A stretch of DNA of 50,518 nucleotides from Thelocarpon superellum. Its lineage: Eukaryota. The first letter of the stretch is position 1. Each line of letters starts with the position of its first letter. The notes under the pieces are model-generated. The model searched no databases and was not told where the DNA came from. It saw nothing but the letters and a program-made list of their open reading frames with translations. The stretch is from the NCBI GenBank assembly GCA_026025795.1, contig JAPEUG010000092.1, positions 1-50,518 on the forward strand. The letters run 5' to 3'. Shown in pieces: positions 1 through 13,305 of the stretch. The position numbers and the translations under genes are program-made.

Positions 1-76
1 GAGCATGACAGCGATGGTGGCGGTTGTGGATGAGACAAGGGCCGGGGGGCGGGGGGGGGGAGGAGAAGACTCGTAC

Positions 77-843
77 TGGGAAGCCAATTCTTGAACGAGG
101 CGAAATAGGAGGACGGCGGCGTTTTCCGGCCGTGGAATCGTTCCATTGCGCGTCCGCTCACCATCAGGATGCTGAGTCCCGCGGGGCAGCCAATCCCTTT
201 TTGGCTTGCGGTGAGCACGACGTCGACCTTCCACTCGTCAAAGTGCAATTCTTCCGATCCCACGCTGCACACGCCATCCACCACCACCAGCGTCTCCGGC
301 GACACGCGGTGCACAAGCTGGGATACGGCTTTGACGTCGCTAAGCACTCCCGTTGAGGTGTCGACGTGTGTCACGGTCACAAGCTTGTAGCGTTTCTCCT
401 TTAGAGCCTGTTCGATCTCCGCCAGCCCTGGCCGTTGCCCGATGGGGGCCTTGAGCTGCGTGGCTTTGACCCCATACGTCTCGAAGCAGTCGGCAAATGA
501 ATCTCCGAAATATCCCGTGTGGAGCACCAGCACTTCGTCCTCGTGTTCCACCAGGTTCGCCGCCACGAGATCCCATCCCAGTGTTCCCGATCCCGAAAGC
601 ACAAATGGCTGCGACGAGGGCGACGTCGTCTGGAACAGCTTTCGTAGCATCGACAACACCTCGCCGAATACCTTGACAAAGGGGGCGCCGACGTGGCTCT
701 CGCTGTAGGTATGGCATCAGACACGCTCGCTTTACCGCATGTCAACGGGCGTACCTGTAGTGGCTCATCGATTGCAAGACGGCATCATCAAATTCAATCG
801 GTCCAGGTATCAGCAAGGCCGGGTGCTTTGCTTGTGTCGACAT
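77..843 (-). CDS. AGX1: Alanine-glyoxylate aminotransferase (class V PLP aminotransferase); 5' part only, the gene continues past the left edge
   Basis: Exon 1 843-755 (MSTQAKHPALLIPGPIEFDDAVLQSMSHY). GT-AG intron 754-703. Exon 2 702-77 encodes SESHVGAPFV...SGSGTLGWD...TGYFGD...THVDTSTGV...VVDGVCSVG...LTASQKGIGCPAGL (PLP lysine motif SQK)...YFASFKNWLP, followed by donor GTACGA at 76. This frame is not in the ORF track and was translated by hand. Confidence 0.93.
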
Positions 844-1441
844 CTTGCCGTCGTGCAATGGTCGTTTGGCTTCGCAACTGATATGTCTCGGAGACAAGGG
901 GAGCAAGTGCGGGGCAATGTTCGCCTGAGAGGTGTGACGATCAACTGAAAAGGGGGTATTAATATCCGGCAGCGGTCGCGTGTCCAGATGTCGTGAGATG
1001 AGGCTCAGTCGTGCATTGACGCGGGAAGCCAGGATTGATCGTACGGTGGGGCAGAACCGGGGAACGGCGGGGTGAAGGGCCAGGATGGATGACGGGGCGG
1101 GGTCGGTCTACTACACGTACGCACAACAATGATGAACGGTCCACGTTCATACAGCCAGCACCAAGCGGTCTTCTCCAATCGGTCAGGCACAGAAGACAGA
1201 AGTGTCTCCTCTCCTCTCCTCTAGTCCAGCAAATCTCCTGGGCGGGGCGAGAGGAATGAGGGACGAGCTGAGACTGGACTTTGACAGTGGACTTAGGACC
1301 TGCGCTCTCTCCCGACTTATGTAATGATTCGAGCCGGGTGAAGCCGATGTCACCGACCAATCGCAACTCACGACCCATTGGACATCGATATCCAACATCG
1401 ATGCGGTGGGCCAGTTCCCTCCGTCCATCAGACATTTCGAA

Positions 1442-2253
1442 ATGTCCTCCAGGCTGGTCCTAGTCCTTGGAGACCTCTTTATTCCCGATCGAGCGCCCGT
1501 GAGTCCATCATATGTACCGCTTGCGGGCTAGCTGACGCGGCACCAGGGCATCCCAGCAAAGGTACTCCGACCCTCATCTAAACCATCACCATCCGCATTA
1601 GCACTACCATTCCCATCACCAGTCCTCCGAGTCTGGAGTCTGCAGGACTGGCTAACCTTCCACAGTTCAAGAAGCTACTCGCGCCAGGGAAGATCGGGCA
1701 GATCCTCTGCCTGGGCAATCTCACCGATAAAGAGACCTACGACTTCCTACGATCCATTGCCCCGGACCTCCAAATCGTCAAGGGCAACTTCGACGTCGAG
1801 GCGCCAAACCTTGCCTTGTCCAAGATTGTCACCCATGGCTCGCTCCGCATCGGCTTCACCCATGGCCACACCATCATCCCCACCGGCGACTCGGACAGTC
1901 TCCTGATCGCCGCACGGCAGATGGACGTGGATGTCTTGCTCTGGGGCGGCACACACAAATTCGAGGCCTATGAGATCGAGGGCAAGTTCTTCATCAATCC
2001 CGGCAGTGCGACGGGCGCCATGAGTACGGGATGGTGGGCCGAGGGCGAGGAACCGACTCCAAGCTTTTGCTTAATGGACGTACGTCGATTGTCGCGATTC
2101 CTGATGAGGCAACACCCGTGGCTGACTTGGTGCTAGGTCCAAGGCGATGTTTTGGTCCTCTACGTCTACCAACTCCGGGTCGATGCGAATGGCGTGGAGA
2201 CCGTCGGCGTGGAGAAGGTGTCATTTAGAAAACATAGCGGAGTTTCCACGTGA
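1442..2253 (+). CDS. VPS29: Retromer subunit Vps29 (metallophosphoesterase fold)
   Basis: Exons 1442-1498 (MSSRLVLVLGDLFIPDRAP), 1547-1561 (GIPAK), 1666-2079 (FKKLLAPGKIGQILCLGNL...THGHTIIP...GGTHKFEAYEIEGKFFINPGSATGA...PSFCLMD) and 2137-2253 (VQGDVLVLYVYQL...stop). All introns are GT-AG with GCTGAC/GCTAAC branch sites. Confidence 0.96.
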
Positions 2254-5200
2254 ATGCACATATTGAGCTCATGCTCACGGCCGTTTCCGCTACCCATGAC
2301 GCCGTGCCCTATACCCTCTCAGTTGTGGGTGGGCGAGACCCAACCATCTTTTGGCGGGTCGACCATCGATGCAGGTCGGTATACCAGCGATGGGCAGGTG
2401 CCTGCTGTGCGACTAAAGCTTCGTCTCTTCTTCCTTGCTGAGGCTCATGAGAAGCGCTGGACATCAAGATTGGCCACGAAGGGACCAATCTTCAGGGTAA
2501 CCAGCCTGAGCGAAGTATCCAAAAGACGCAGTGCTCCTCCGGGCAGGCAGACGGGATCTCGGTTGAGAGGAGATCCGTGTCGACAAGATATCAGCGCAGA
2601 CCGATTCCCTGCAGCTGGAGGGATGTTGGATTGATAATGATCGTGATCAATGATAGCTCTTCTGAGAAGAAGTCACCCCGGGCAAAGGTGGTAGCAGTGT
2701 GCCCATGACGCACATCTTGCAAGCATGCCGTGTCAGCTCTCGCCCAGGTCGATAAGCCTGTCCTGGACGGTCGGCAAGGCAACAGCAATTGAAATTAGAA
2801 CTGTAGGTATTCCATAACCCTTCCCACGGGACATGCTCGGCCACGTGCAGACTGGCATATAGAGCACGCAGATAAGGCCGCCCTCCAGTCTACCCAGGGT
2901 GAGAGGCTTCGCCCGCGCGCATTGGAATATCTGGAGGGTAATCCGTCAACATGTCTCTCATGGTCCAGCGCGACAAGGTGCGGCCTGTGCATTCGCGCCT
3001 CAGAAAGAGGTGGTGGCGGGAGCCTGGAACTATCGTGTGACGTAGGAGGGCATCCGCGGGCGGGGTGTCAGGCGGCACAAGGCAAATGTCGCAAGGTCAA
3101 GATCCCAGATGCTTCGCGGTTGCATTGGAAACAATGCCAGAGCAGCGATGGGGAACCGCGACCGCCGAGCAGCTGGCGGCGCGGCGGGCAAAGTGGCGAC
3201 CTGCGGCCCGGTTGAGTAGCTGATCTCCGCCGGGCCTCGTAGGTCCCCGGCCGTTGCGCGAGTTCTGGGATGACGCAGTCCGCACGGCCATGGATGACCA
3301 GCGTGGTGGGATATCCTATCACCCCTTCGGTGGGACGTGGCGGTCTAGCGGACCAGATCACGTTCTATGACGCGGGGGCAAGCCTGATCAACACGAGGCT
3401 CGGTCAACGGGCGGTACGCAGAGGCTTCGACACCTGGGAGGCTGCATGGATGAGAATGTAGGGCTTGCTCGTGGTCGGGAGGAGCCCGGGGGGGGTGGGT
3501 AGGGTGGTAGTTGCTCCGGCGGCAGCATCATCACCTCGACGGAATGGAGCGCAACGGTCGTTGGTGCCATGGACGCACCGAGCTGGGGGCTTACGCGAAC
3601 CTCTTTGGCATGGAGCAATCTCTCGCCCTGCATCGGCATGCCGATTTCCAGCTCTTGATGATGTGTGGTCTACCTAAAGAACATGCGCGATCTTCACTGG
3701 CAAGGACATTGGGGCCGTCATCCCTGACCGTGCGATGGGATGCATTACTTACACAAAGTGATCATACAAAGTGATGTCATTCATGACCTAGCTGGACCAG
3801 GCACGAGTGGAGCGGGCGGGGCCCGAGAGCGGATCTACGGTACGGCCGACCGCACGATGACACGATCGGCCTGGTTGTTTACATGCCGGGCCAGCGGCGT
3901 GAGGTGGAGCCCACGCGACGGGATGAGTCACTGCTTCTCGTCCTCAGTTTTCGGGCATCAGAGGATGGCTCTCGGCCTGGCGACGCTGAAACAACCGCAG
4001 CAGCCCTGTCCGGCAGATTAGGCTCTCGAGAGAGTTGGGGGCGGGGAGGAAGCGGACGGGTACTTGCCGCCCGGCGGCCAGGCTGCAATCTTCCGCCGAA
4101 CTTAATCCGCATGCAAGTCATTGGCCGCGATAACGAAGTAGCCGTGACCCGTCACCCGTCACCCGTCACCCGCAAAGTCAATCGTGAAAAGGCAAGGCTG
4201 GACTTGGTCCGGGTATGGGGGCAACAGGACGTGCGCCTGTACTATAGGCAACGACATGCAACGGAGCAGGCCACACGAGCGAGATGCCACTTGGAAGACC
4301 CTCGGTCTCTCCCTGCACTCCCATGACGGCAAAGTCCAGCCTCGCGAATCGGGGTTTGGACCCCGCCATCGAGCGGCGCAAAAAGGAAGGAGCCAAGAAA
4401 GCGAAGCTTGGTCGGGACTAGGCGTAACGTAGCCTGGCGATGGTCTCCCATGTCGGCTCTGGTACATGCTGGTACTTCCATGGTTCCGTGGACTGTGCAT
4501 CGCGACCGGCGTGGACGGGCGTGGTCCGGCGTGGGGAGAGGCAGAGGACTTCCCCCACCTCATCACGGGTCGTCGCCACCGCCTGGGCTCACCCGCGGCA
4601 TGTGGACGATGGGGCCCGCGTCTTGAGAGCGCTCCGAGCACAATCGTGGGGTGGATCCTGATTTCAATCGCAACGACAACCCCGGATCCTAACGCGCAAG
4701 GGAAGGTCCTCAGCTGTTGATCCGTGTCACCGAGTGCAGCCGACTGCAGCCGACTGCAGCCGGCGTGGAGGAGGCGCCCTGGCAGATTACGATGAGACGG
4801 GGCACGGGCAGTCCGTGATATCCTCTAGGGCTGCAGAAAGTGTCTCCTCCGTATGCACGTCTTCCCTCCGCCGGCGAGGGCTATGGAGCGGGTGTAACGA
4901 TGTATCGCCCCACGCGTCATGGTGTGTCTCTGCGAAACCCTTCGTCCGGAGGAGGGTAGCGACAGTCGGCCAAGACCAATGGCCCAGGTCACAGAGCCTC
5001 GCGTCCCGGTGGGCGGCCGCACGTTGCTCGTCCGCCCTAATCCTCCGCGCCCGACGCCGGTATCGACGGTGTCGACGGTGTCGACGGTGACGACTGTGGG
5101 GACGGTGTCGCAGACCATCGCGGACCATCGCGGACCCATGGTTGCGTCGGGGAATGCGATGTCTCCCTTTGACGTCAGGGCGCTGCTTGGGCCGACCAGC

Positions 5201-6288
5201 CCATGCTAGTGGTGACCCGCAACATGGGCGGAGAGTGGTTACACGTGTCTCGGCGTCGTGGAAATCTTCCTTGATCTACAGAGCCCTGGCGCTGATTCAT
5301 CCGGCGGTGGCGAAAGAAGACCCCACCACGCACGACAGTGATTGGCCGCAGGGTGGGAAGTGGAACGAGGGCTCGCCGAAAAGTCGGCGCGAGGGAGCGA
5401 TGGGAGTGGCCGTCGTACGGATGGGTGAGTGCGTACTTCGCCAGTACCCTCGCCCTCGCTTGAGCCCTCGACCTCGCCCCAAAGGAGAGAGGGAGGAGGA
5501 AAGAAGGTTGAGAGCGGTCGCTGGAACGGGGAGGTGCCAGAGAGTCGCCGGGGGGGCGGACGAGGATGATACGGCCCGTCGAACCTGAGCTGGGTTACCG
5601 CGGGCGACTAACCACGGGTCCGGACGGGGTCGATCACCTCGATCCTGTCCTGCGTAACCACAGAAGTCCCGGGGGAGAGGGTGTGGCGCCACTCGGCGAG
5701 CTCTTGGGATTGTTAGGGGCCAAGGATTGCGCTAGATCCTGGCCCAGGGAGTCAAGCTACACAGTGCGAGCCCAACCCGGGCGCTGCAACTGAAACCATC
5801 GAAGCGCGGAGGAAAAGTCGACCGACGACACCGCCCCCAACCCGATCGGAGGGGCGAGGGAGTGAAAGGGTCGAATGCTTGCCCAGGAGCATTGCTTCGG
5901 TAGTAGGTCGAGTAGCTAAGAGTGATACAGCTCTTGTCATCGCACGCGTCATGTAAACAACTCCGATGCTTGTCCCGCTCGCCCACGATGACACCTTTCA
6001 TTCAAGCGCTCACAACTCCCCAAGGGCCCCGTCCCGTTCCTGGTCACATCACTGCGACAGCGCCCATCCGCCAGCCGATGCCCCCGCACAGATCCGAACG
6101 TAATGCTCCCCATCCCGCTGCAGACGTGCCATGGCTCCCCCCATGTAACTTTTGGTACACTAGACAAAAAGGAAAGCGGAACCGCGGTGTATGCTGAGAC
6201 GGGCGGGTCACTTCTGGCCCTGACTCGATGCGAGATCGCCGAGAAGATTTCGGAGTCCGGTAGATAGTGCCGATGAGACGAGAAGCCT

Positions 6289-6819
6289 TCAGGGTAGCGT
6301 CACCCGTCGTTTCCAGTCTCGCGCCTGATCGAAGGAATTGGCGTAGCTCCTCAGCTCATGCCGTGCTTGGTCCGAGAGGCAGGTCGAGTCTCGGGTCGAG
6401 GAGCTCTGCAAGGACGAGAGTGAGGAGCCGGAGGATGACGGCGTGAGGCTGCGCTTGAGGTTTCGGTCGTTGCTGGGAGAGGGTAGGGTGGGATGTCGAA
6501 AGAGAATGGAGTCGGCGTAGCGGGTCCGCGTGGTCACGGGGACAACCTCCGCCACATTGCCGCCTGTCGAGACAGGACGAGTCGACCGAGTCTTGTAGGC
6601 AGCGAAGTTGATGGGCGGCGGTAGGTAGAAGCCATGGCGGCCGCCGTCGTGTGAGGGCGGCCAGGACGAAATCATTGTCGACTCCGTGGGTGAGACGGGC
6701 ACAGAGCCCGTCAATGCGTTCTCCAGGTCGGCAAGGCGACAAGATTGAGAACAGTATGCCTCGCCTGCGGTTTGCTTGTCGCAGGCTAAGCAGAAATCCG
6801 GTGACCAATCCATCTCCAT
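6289..6819 (-). CDS. ECL1: Ecl1/2/3-family life-span regulatory factor, 176 aa
   Basis: Single-exon ORF. The N-terminal FCLACDKQ-x5-YCSQSCRLADLE Cys motif is typical of the Ecl1 family, followed by Ser-rich LTPSSSGSSLSS and a C-terminal ELRSYANSFDQ. Confidence 0.85.
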   Translation of the reverse strand: MEMDWSPDFCLACDKQTAGEAYCSQSCRLADLENALTGSVPVSPTESTMISSWPPSHDGGRHGFYLPPPINFAAYKTRSTRPVSTGGNVAEVVPVTTRTRYADSILFRHPTLPSPSNDRNLKRSLTPSSSGSSLSSLQSSSTRDSTCLSDQARHELRSYANSFDQARDWKRRVTLP

Positions 6820-7468
6820 CGTAACGTTGGGCGGTGATGCTCGGCGACGAGACGATGAGGACGCGGGGCAGTGGGAGAGAAGAGGCCCAGCGTCACGTCG
6901 CTACCCTAAGAAGGGGAGCGTCGCGCGCGGCTTTGTCGACAGTGCCTCGATGAGATCAGGGATCTCGAGGGCACCGCCGAGGGGGGTGATGAGGGCGTGG
7001 AGAAGAGAGGGGGCCAGGTTCGGACAATTCGCCAAACCTGGGGAACAGCACAGGGACTGATCTGGAATAGTGAGCGGTGCGATGGATGAGGATAACGATA
7101 GAACCATGAAGCGTCGAGGAAATGATCATGGCCTCGGCGGGGGTAATGACACGAGGCGGGCGATAGTGATGGAAATAGTAGAGGTGGTGGTGGGAGAGGC
7201 GTTGGTACATATATGAAGGCCGACCTCCCAGCACAGTACCAGCACCCGGCTGGAGCTACACAGCTAGGCGAGGAGTGAGCGCTGGAACTGACCCGCGCGA
7301 TACCCTCCACGTAAGATGGCCCGGCAGAAGATGCTCGGTCCAAGGCTCCACTGTTCTTGGCTCCACCTTGATCCTCAGATAGCGGGGACGCCAAGGCCAG
7401 AAGGGTCAAGCGCCTAGCCTTCACGCACGCAAGAGTCCAGGGAAGGGGCGCGGGGCATGCAGGCACTT

Positions 7469-7470
<2 letters not shown>

Positions 7471-7528
<58 letters not shown>
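7471..7528. repeat. Homopolymer G58 tract
   Basis: 58 consecutive G read directly from the sequence. Confidence 0.95.
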
Positions 7529-7529
<1 letters not shown>

Positions 7530-10500
7530 GTGTGGGCGCGCGCGCGAAGGAAGATGGATGGTGGTGGGTGCGGTGGACGGACGCCGTGGTCATCGTCTGC
7601 ACGGAGGTAGGTCTTGGGCGTGGACTGGCTGGATCGTCCAGGATGCCTTGCAGGAGGGTTGCGCGCCAACTGGTTGGGGTTAGCCGGGGCAGATGGCTCC
7701 ACGACCTGCAGAGGAGTGCAGCGAGGCTTGGCAGAAGATGGTGGGGTGGGGTGGAAGACCGCCCCGCTCGTCAAGCGAGATTGGGAACGCGCTGCACCAG
7801 ACCCTATTCATCTCCTCGTGCATGGGTTGCTGGCCGTCTTCGGGGCGTCCGGCGGCGAGCGGCGACCTAGCGGCGCCCAAGCAGCGACGATGCGGCGACC
7901 AGCTGCCTTTGGGCCCCAAACGGCTACGGCGGCGCCCGACCCAGCACCACGCCATGCCCGGCAGAGGTATTCGGGACTCTAACTATGACGCCGCCCCGCG
8001 ACTAAGCTCCCGTACCCTGTACGACGTCCGCGGCAAATCCATCCTCTGGTCGCACCCTCCCTCCGCAGGCACCTGGATCCTGGGTCTGGCAGTGAAACGA
8101 GCCCCCCGTTCATGACTCGTCTGGGGCTGGTCCGACGACGCTGGGCCAGGGCGGCGTTTCAACATGCTCTGGCTGGCCGTTGTCGTCTCGGCGATGCACG
8201 CTGACCTGGGACCCGGCGTGCTCTGCATCTGGCCCCGCGACGGGCTTGTTTGGAGACATGGACCGGCAGTTCTCGTCGATCACCCCCTCGGTCCGTCCCC
8301 AGCTGTCCGCCTCGGCTCCCCATCGCCGCACCGGGGTGGCGGCTTGCAAGGAATGAGGGGGAGCAGCGACCCCGTGGCTGTTCCCCCCCGTCCATCTCGC
8401 CACCGACCGCCCGTGGCACGGCGAGAGAAGGTCATCGTGCGATGCAGCGGACCAGGCGTGTTGGGACAGCGGCGAGGCCCAAAAGAGGCAGCGAAGATGC
8501 ATTGGTCGGCGTCATGAGCTCCCCGCAATATGCCTGGGCGGCCGCCAGGCTGTGACGAGGGCTCATGGTCCGTCCGAGGCCAGCCGACGCATGATTCGCA
8601 GGTTGCTTGGAGTTCCGCGGGCGCGCTACGCCCGAAGCGTACAACAGACCCAGACTTCTCGCTGCCGTGGCCCGGTCTGCAGTGTCGACGGCAAATCTGT
8701 CGGCAGCCGCTCTGGTCCAGCAGCGTGGGCTGTAGCGGCCGAAGCGGACGCATGAGTCCCAGTAGTCGTCGCCGTAACTTAGTGATCCCCCCTCCGTCTC
8801 GCTGGATCATCCCCAGCGACGGGAGCAACAGTAGCCGGAGGAGTCGTTGCAGCACCACTGGCGCGCGTGCGCCTTCGGATCAAGTCTCCCTGTCCGCGTC
8901 GCCTCCTCAGGTGACTCCGTTGGCGGGCAATGATGCTGTTGCAATCCAAGCGAGCGTGATCCATGAACTACGGGGACGCTGCGACACACCCTACGACAAG
9001 AACGGGTGTCGGGCATTGCTAGAGAGCGTGGCCGGGGACCAGGTGATCACAGCCAATGGCGTAACGATGCTCATGTGGTCGCACCTTCGCTCGCCACGCC
9101 CTTATCGACGCCTCCGGTGGTGCGCCAAAGAATGGAGAGGCGCACTGACCACCATCTCGGCTGAGCGCTCCGCATTCATTCGCCCGGCGTTGCACCTGGC
9201 TCATTTTTATCCGATGGACGCTGGCCATGCTGTGATGGTTTCCCCACCCCCTCCCACCGCGCAGTCGCCATCTGGGGTCGCCAGGGGGGGGCTTGGCTTG
9301 TCTTTCTTCTGTGATGCCCATGCCGACACGTGGGCTGGAGTCGGCCGACGCTCAGGGTCGAGCTGGCCCTCCGCAGGCCTCTCGTTGGTCACGCGCAATG
9401 GCTCCCAATAATGTCAGAGTCGTCGTCACCATGGCCGCCGCCATCGGGGAGTTCCATGGTTGGCACATCGCACCGTCGCGCCCATTAGTCACGGGGGGCC
9501 GTCGGTCTCTGCTAGAGGGGCTAGTGCCCGTCGTAGGCCGACAGGACGACCATGCTGGTGCAAACTTTTGTGAATCCGCTGGTGGACAACCGCGACGGAG
9601 TACGCAGGAACCGGCGTCACTATTTCGCCGACAGAGCACATGTCCGGGGCCTGTCAAGCCCATACCCCGGAGTGTCGATCATGTTGCCCGAGGAGATGAG
9701 ACTAGTGCGCCGCCCAACCATGGCGCGGTCGAGTAGTGGGTGGTTTTGGTAAGCGGAGGTCGGTTGGGTCGGTTGCTGCACCAGCTGGCGTCCACGGCCG
9801 GTCCGCTAATGAAATGGTGCATGCGACGCCCAGCGGATCCGCCGTGTTGGAGGGGCTGGACTTGATCGCTTGCGATGGAGCCGCCACCGTGCCAATAGTT
9901 GCCGCCTCCCAACCGTGGCACCCACCGCGGCGTGCCTCGCGCGAGCCGTCCGAGATACGGCCCCGGCCAAGCAACGCTCGCGTGGCCGCGAATGTTTACA
10001 AGTACGGCGCTGCAGGTGATGATGACAAGTCGTCGAGCCGCGCTGGATCTTCACTGATCCCAATCTCCAAGATCCGAGGCAACAATCAGCAAACTCGCCG
10101 AGCGAGCGGGGTCCCGGGTCGGACGTCTGCGCACCGCGCGCCATGGCCATGATGCTCGGCGGCGCTACGGCCAAAATGGCCAAACGATGCCTCCTTTTCC
10201 CGCGACCATTGCCCATGATCTCCGATCGAACATTTCCAATGGGAGGACGATCAAAGATTCGAGTACTGAGAAGGGGTACGAAAGGATGATTTGTTGAGTG
10301 GCGCGTCTGTCGGGCTGCCACTACCAAGACCTGGCTGGTATGCTGCGCTAGTAGCCAAGCCTCCGCCCTTCCGCGGAAGGCAACGTCTCGGACCACCGGC
10401 GTCCTCGTAGTCCTGGAGTGGTGCACCTTCTCACACTATCCTTGTCCGCGTGCCCCTTCCACCTCTTCATCGGATACCTCGGCCACGCGATGTGGATTAT

Positions 10501-13305
10501 CCTCTTGTCTGGCTATCCCCACGTCATTACTGAATCTTGGCTCAGGTCTCGTAAGATGCCTGCAGGCCCCCTGTTCCTGAGCCCGCCCAGTCCTACGCAC
10601 GAATAGAGCCACGCCCATCCGTGGGGCTAGTTGTGTGGCGATAACCTTGTCCAGCTGCGATGTCGCGTGAAGCCGTAACCCCAGGTGCCAAATTGAGGGA
10701 TCCGTTCGCCCCAAAGCCGGGCGCTTGCGCGCCCATCTTTGGGCGCTTTCGTTAGGCGTGGTACAGGAATAGGTCGGGATCATCACGGATGCGAAACTCA
10801 CCCGATCATTTTTTTTCCCTCCCCGTACGTCACCTTGGTGGTGAGGAAGTGGAGAAAACGACCGGTCACACAACACGACTGGAGAGGCTACGGGTCTCGT
10901 AGCAGGTCTAGGATGAAATAGTTGGGATCACGCAAGTCTCAGGCCCAGCGTGCGGGTGATACGAGTGGGTCTTGGGCCAGCAAGCAGCCGAGCAGTCTTT
11001 GCCAGGTCGAATGTCTACCGGCGCGCCCCAGGCCGCAGCGTGGTCACGACCCCGCCCTCTCCGCCGTTACACAGCGGCGAGGGGAGCCTGGCCGGGGCCC
11101 CAGGTAAGGTTGTGGCCTCGGTCAATGATCGTCGGCCACACCGTGGAATCCATGCGACCTGCAGTGCTGCCGCACGAAGGGGCGCATCTGCAGCCCGGTC
11201 GACCCAACCCCCGCCTGTCTACGGGTACTGAAGCAGATGAAGCAGACACGAATCGGTGATGTCGACCACGGGTGAATCACATCGTAAGGAGGAGGCATGG
11301 TACGAGGAAGGGTACCCGTAGAGGTACGAAGTACTACCTCGAAGGCGACAACGAGCGACAGTGGTATTCGTATTTCGCACTCCGTCTCGGATGGTATTTC
11401 GTACTACCATGGGTCCCTGGGCCTGCGCGACTGAGGCGAGCGACGTCGCTTCGCGGTGGGAGAGAGCTAAACGGACCGAGCCGCGGCACCATTTCGTTTG
11501 GCGAGGAACATTGGAACACCAACCACGCTTCGTCAGATGTCGCAGGAACAGCGTGGAGCTGTCGGACTCCTCTCCACAATACCCCATCCCCATCTCGCGG
11601 GTCCGACCGGAGACCGTTGGCGTCGTCGCACTCGGTCACACAGCGAGGATGACGGACAACGCAAACCCCCTACCATCCCCCTGGTGAGGACGGACGGACG
11701 GACGAACGTTGACTCTGTAGTCCATACGAACACCAGCGAGCCTAGTGCCGACACATCCGGTGAGTTGAGGCAAGTCGCGTCGACCGGCCTGTCGCACCAA
11801 TGAAACCGGTGGGCCGGAGTTCCATGCAGTGGCAACCAGCTCGAACTCTCGCCGCTCGCAGGATACTATCCACTACTCGTACATCTGCCGCACCCTACTT
11901 ACATACAGGTGCGCGCTCGTTACACCATTCCCGCCCAAATTCCCTCTGCCGAACCTTCTCCTCTTATCGCTTGCGCTGGCACTTTTCTCCCCGACAGGGG
12001 GAGGACGACGACGAAGAGGAGTAGTATGGTGCCATGCTCCCGTAACTAGCCTCAGCCAGCGCACCTCGGTTGCCTTGACCCAATGGTCGAGCTGGACGCA
12101 ACGCGATGGGGGGCGTGCAGGGCCGTGCCCAAGCGGATGCTAGCTCTGCCGTGCGCGCTGCTGCTCTTGCTTTCACTCGTCCACGAGGGACTTGTTGCAT
12201 CTGCACATGCGCTTCGCACCGCTGCTTGAAACTCTCTTCTGGCGCTGTCGTCTTGGCGAGGCTCGTCATCCCGTGACCACCCTCGCATACACGGGTCCAA
12301 TGCCGGCTCGAGCAAGTAGAGGACCGGAGTGAGGATCGGAGGAGCTTTACTCGGAGTAGCGTCACTTGGGGGCCTTGCCTACTCCTTCCATGACGTAGGG
12401 TGCTGGGACCATCAAAGGAGACACTGCTACAGAATGTGCGGAGAAGCGCGACCGACAAGATCTCGGAAACAGGCACAATAATCTATGGATTTTAACATAT
12501 TAGGTGTTCCCCCCAAAAGCCGTGATTAATTTATTCATCCCGAATATTTTATTCCCAGGAGTGCCTCCTAATTTTCGCCTCGTCATGACTTTTCGCGGCC
12601 TGGTCAACGGAAAGGTTAGAAGTGCCTCGTTGTACAAGGAGGACGCAGCGTCTGTTTGACGACTGTGCTCATACTCGGCGTCCCCGGAATTTCCTAGAGG
12701 TAATTGGATGTGCCACGATAATGACACCTATAACAAGTCGGAGAGCAGTCGCCGCAACTGTTGAAGTGGGTGCTCAGGCACGTTCAAGCAAATAGGATCA
12801 TCAGATTCATTCCTACAGACGTCGTGCGCCAAGCGTCCGGTGCGAGTCTGTCGAATCATGAGTTGGCCGGATGGTGGCAAACCTCTCTCCCTCCCTCGTC
12901 ACCCAGCTCAAAGGCTCCATGAATCCCACCATTCCCAGTGACGATGATCTTCGCTGGATGGATACAACCGTGGGGGCTTGTGATAAGTGCCGGGGCGCGA
13001 TCATAATCCTGGCTGAGGTCGGACCATGAAGTCCATCTCTCGGAAGATTCGCTTTGACCTTGGCACCCAGAATCTGAGCTCTTTCTCCGCTCTCCCGACG
13101 GCGACGCTGGGTCGGCCTGTGGTGCTCCTCACTCGACCCGTTCTGCTTTCCTCCCTTCCGTGTTCTACCTCGTCGGGGATGAGACACTCCCTCTTCCGGA
13201 CGGAATTCACATCGGAATTGACCGAGTACTCCTCAAGTAGTGCAAGCCCGAGTAGGACACGGTGTTCTGGATGCAAGTTGTTCTTTCACGATGTCTAGAA
13301 AGCCC

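Noticed and set aside
7414..7870. Poly-Pro and poly-Gly ORFs
   Set aside because: These are translations of the G58 homopolymer, with no other coding evidence.
8530..9411. 293-aa ORF in the ECL1 upstream region
   Set aside because: Ser/Arg/Pro-rich with no recognisable motif. Stop-free runs of this length are common at this GC content.
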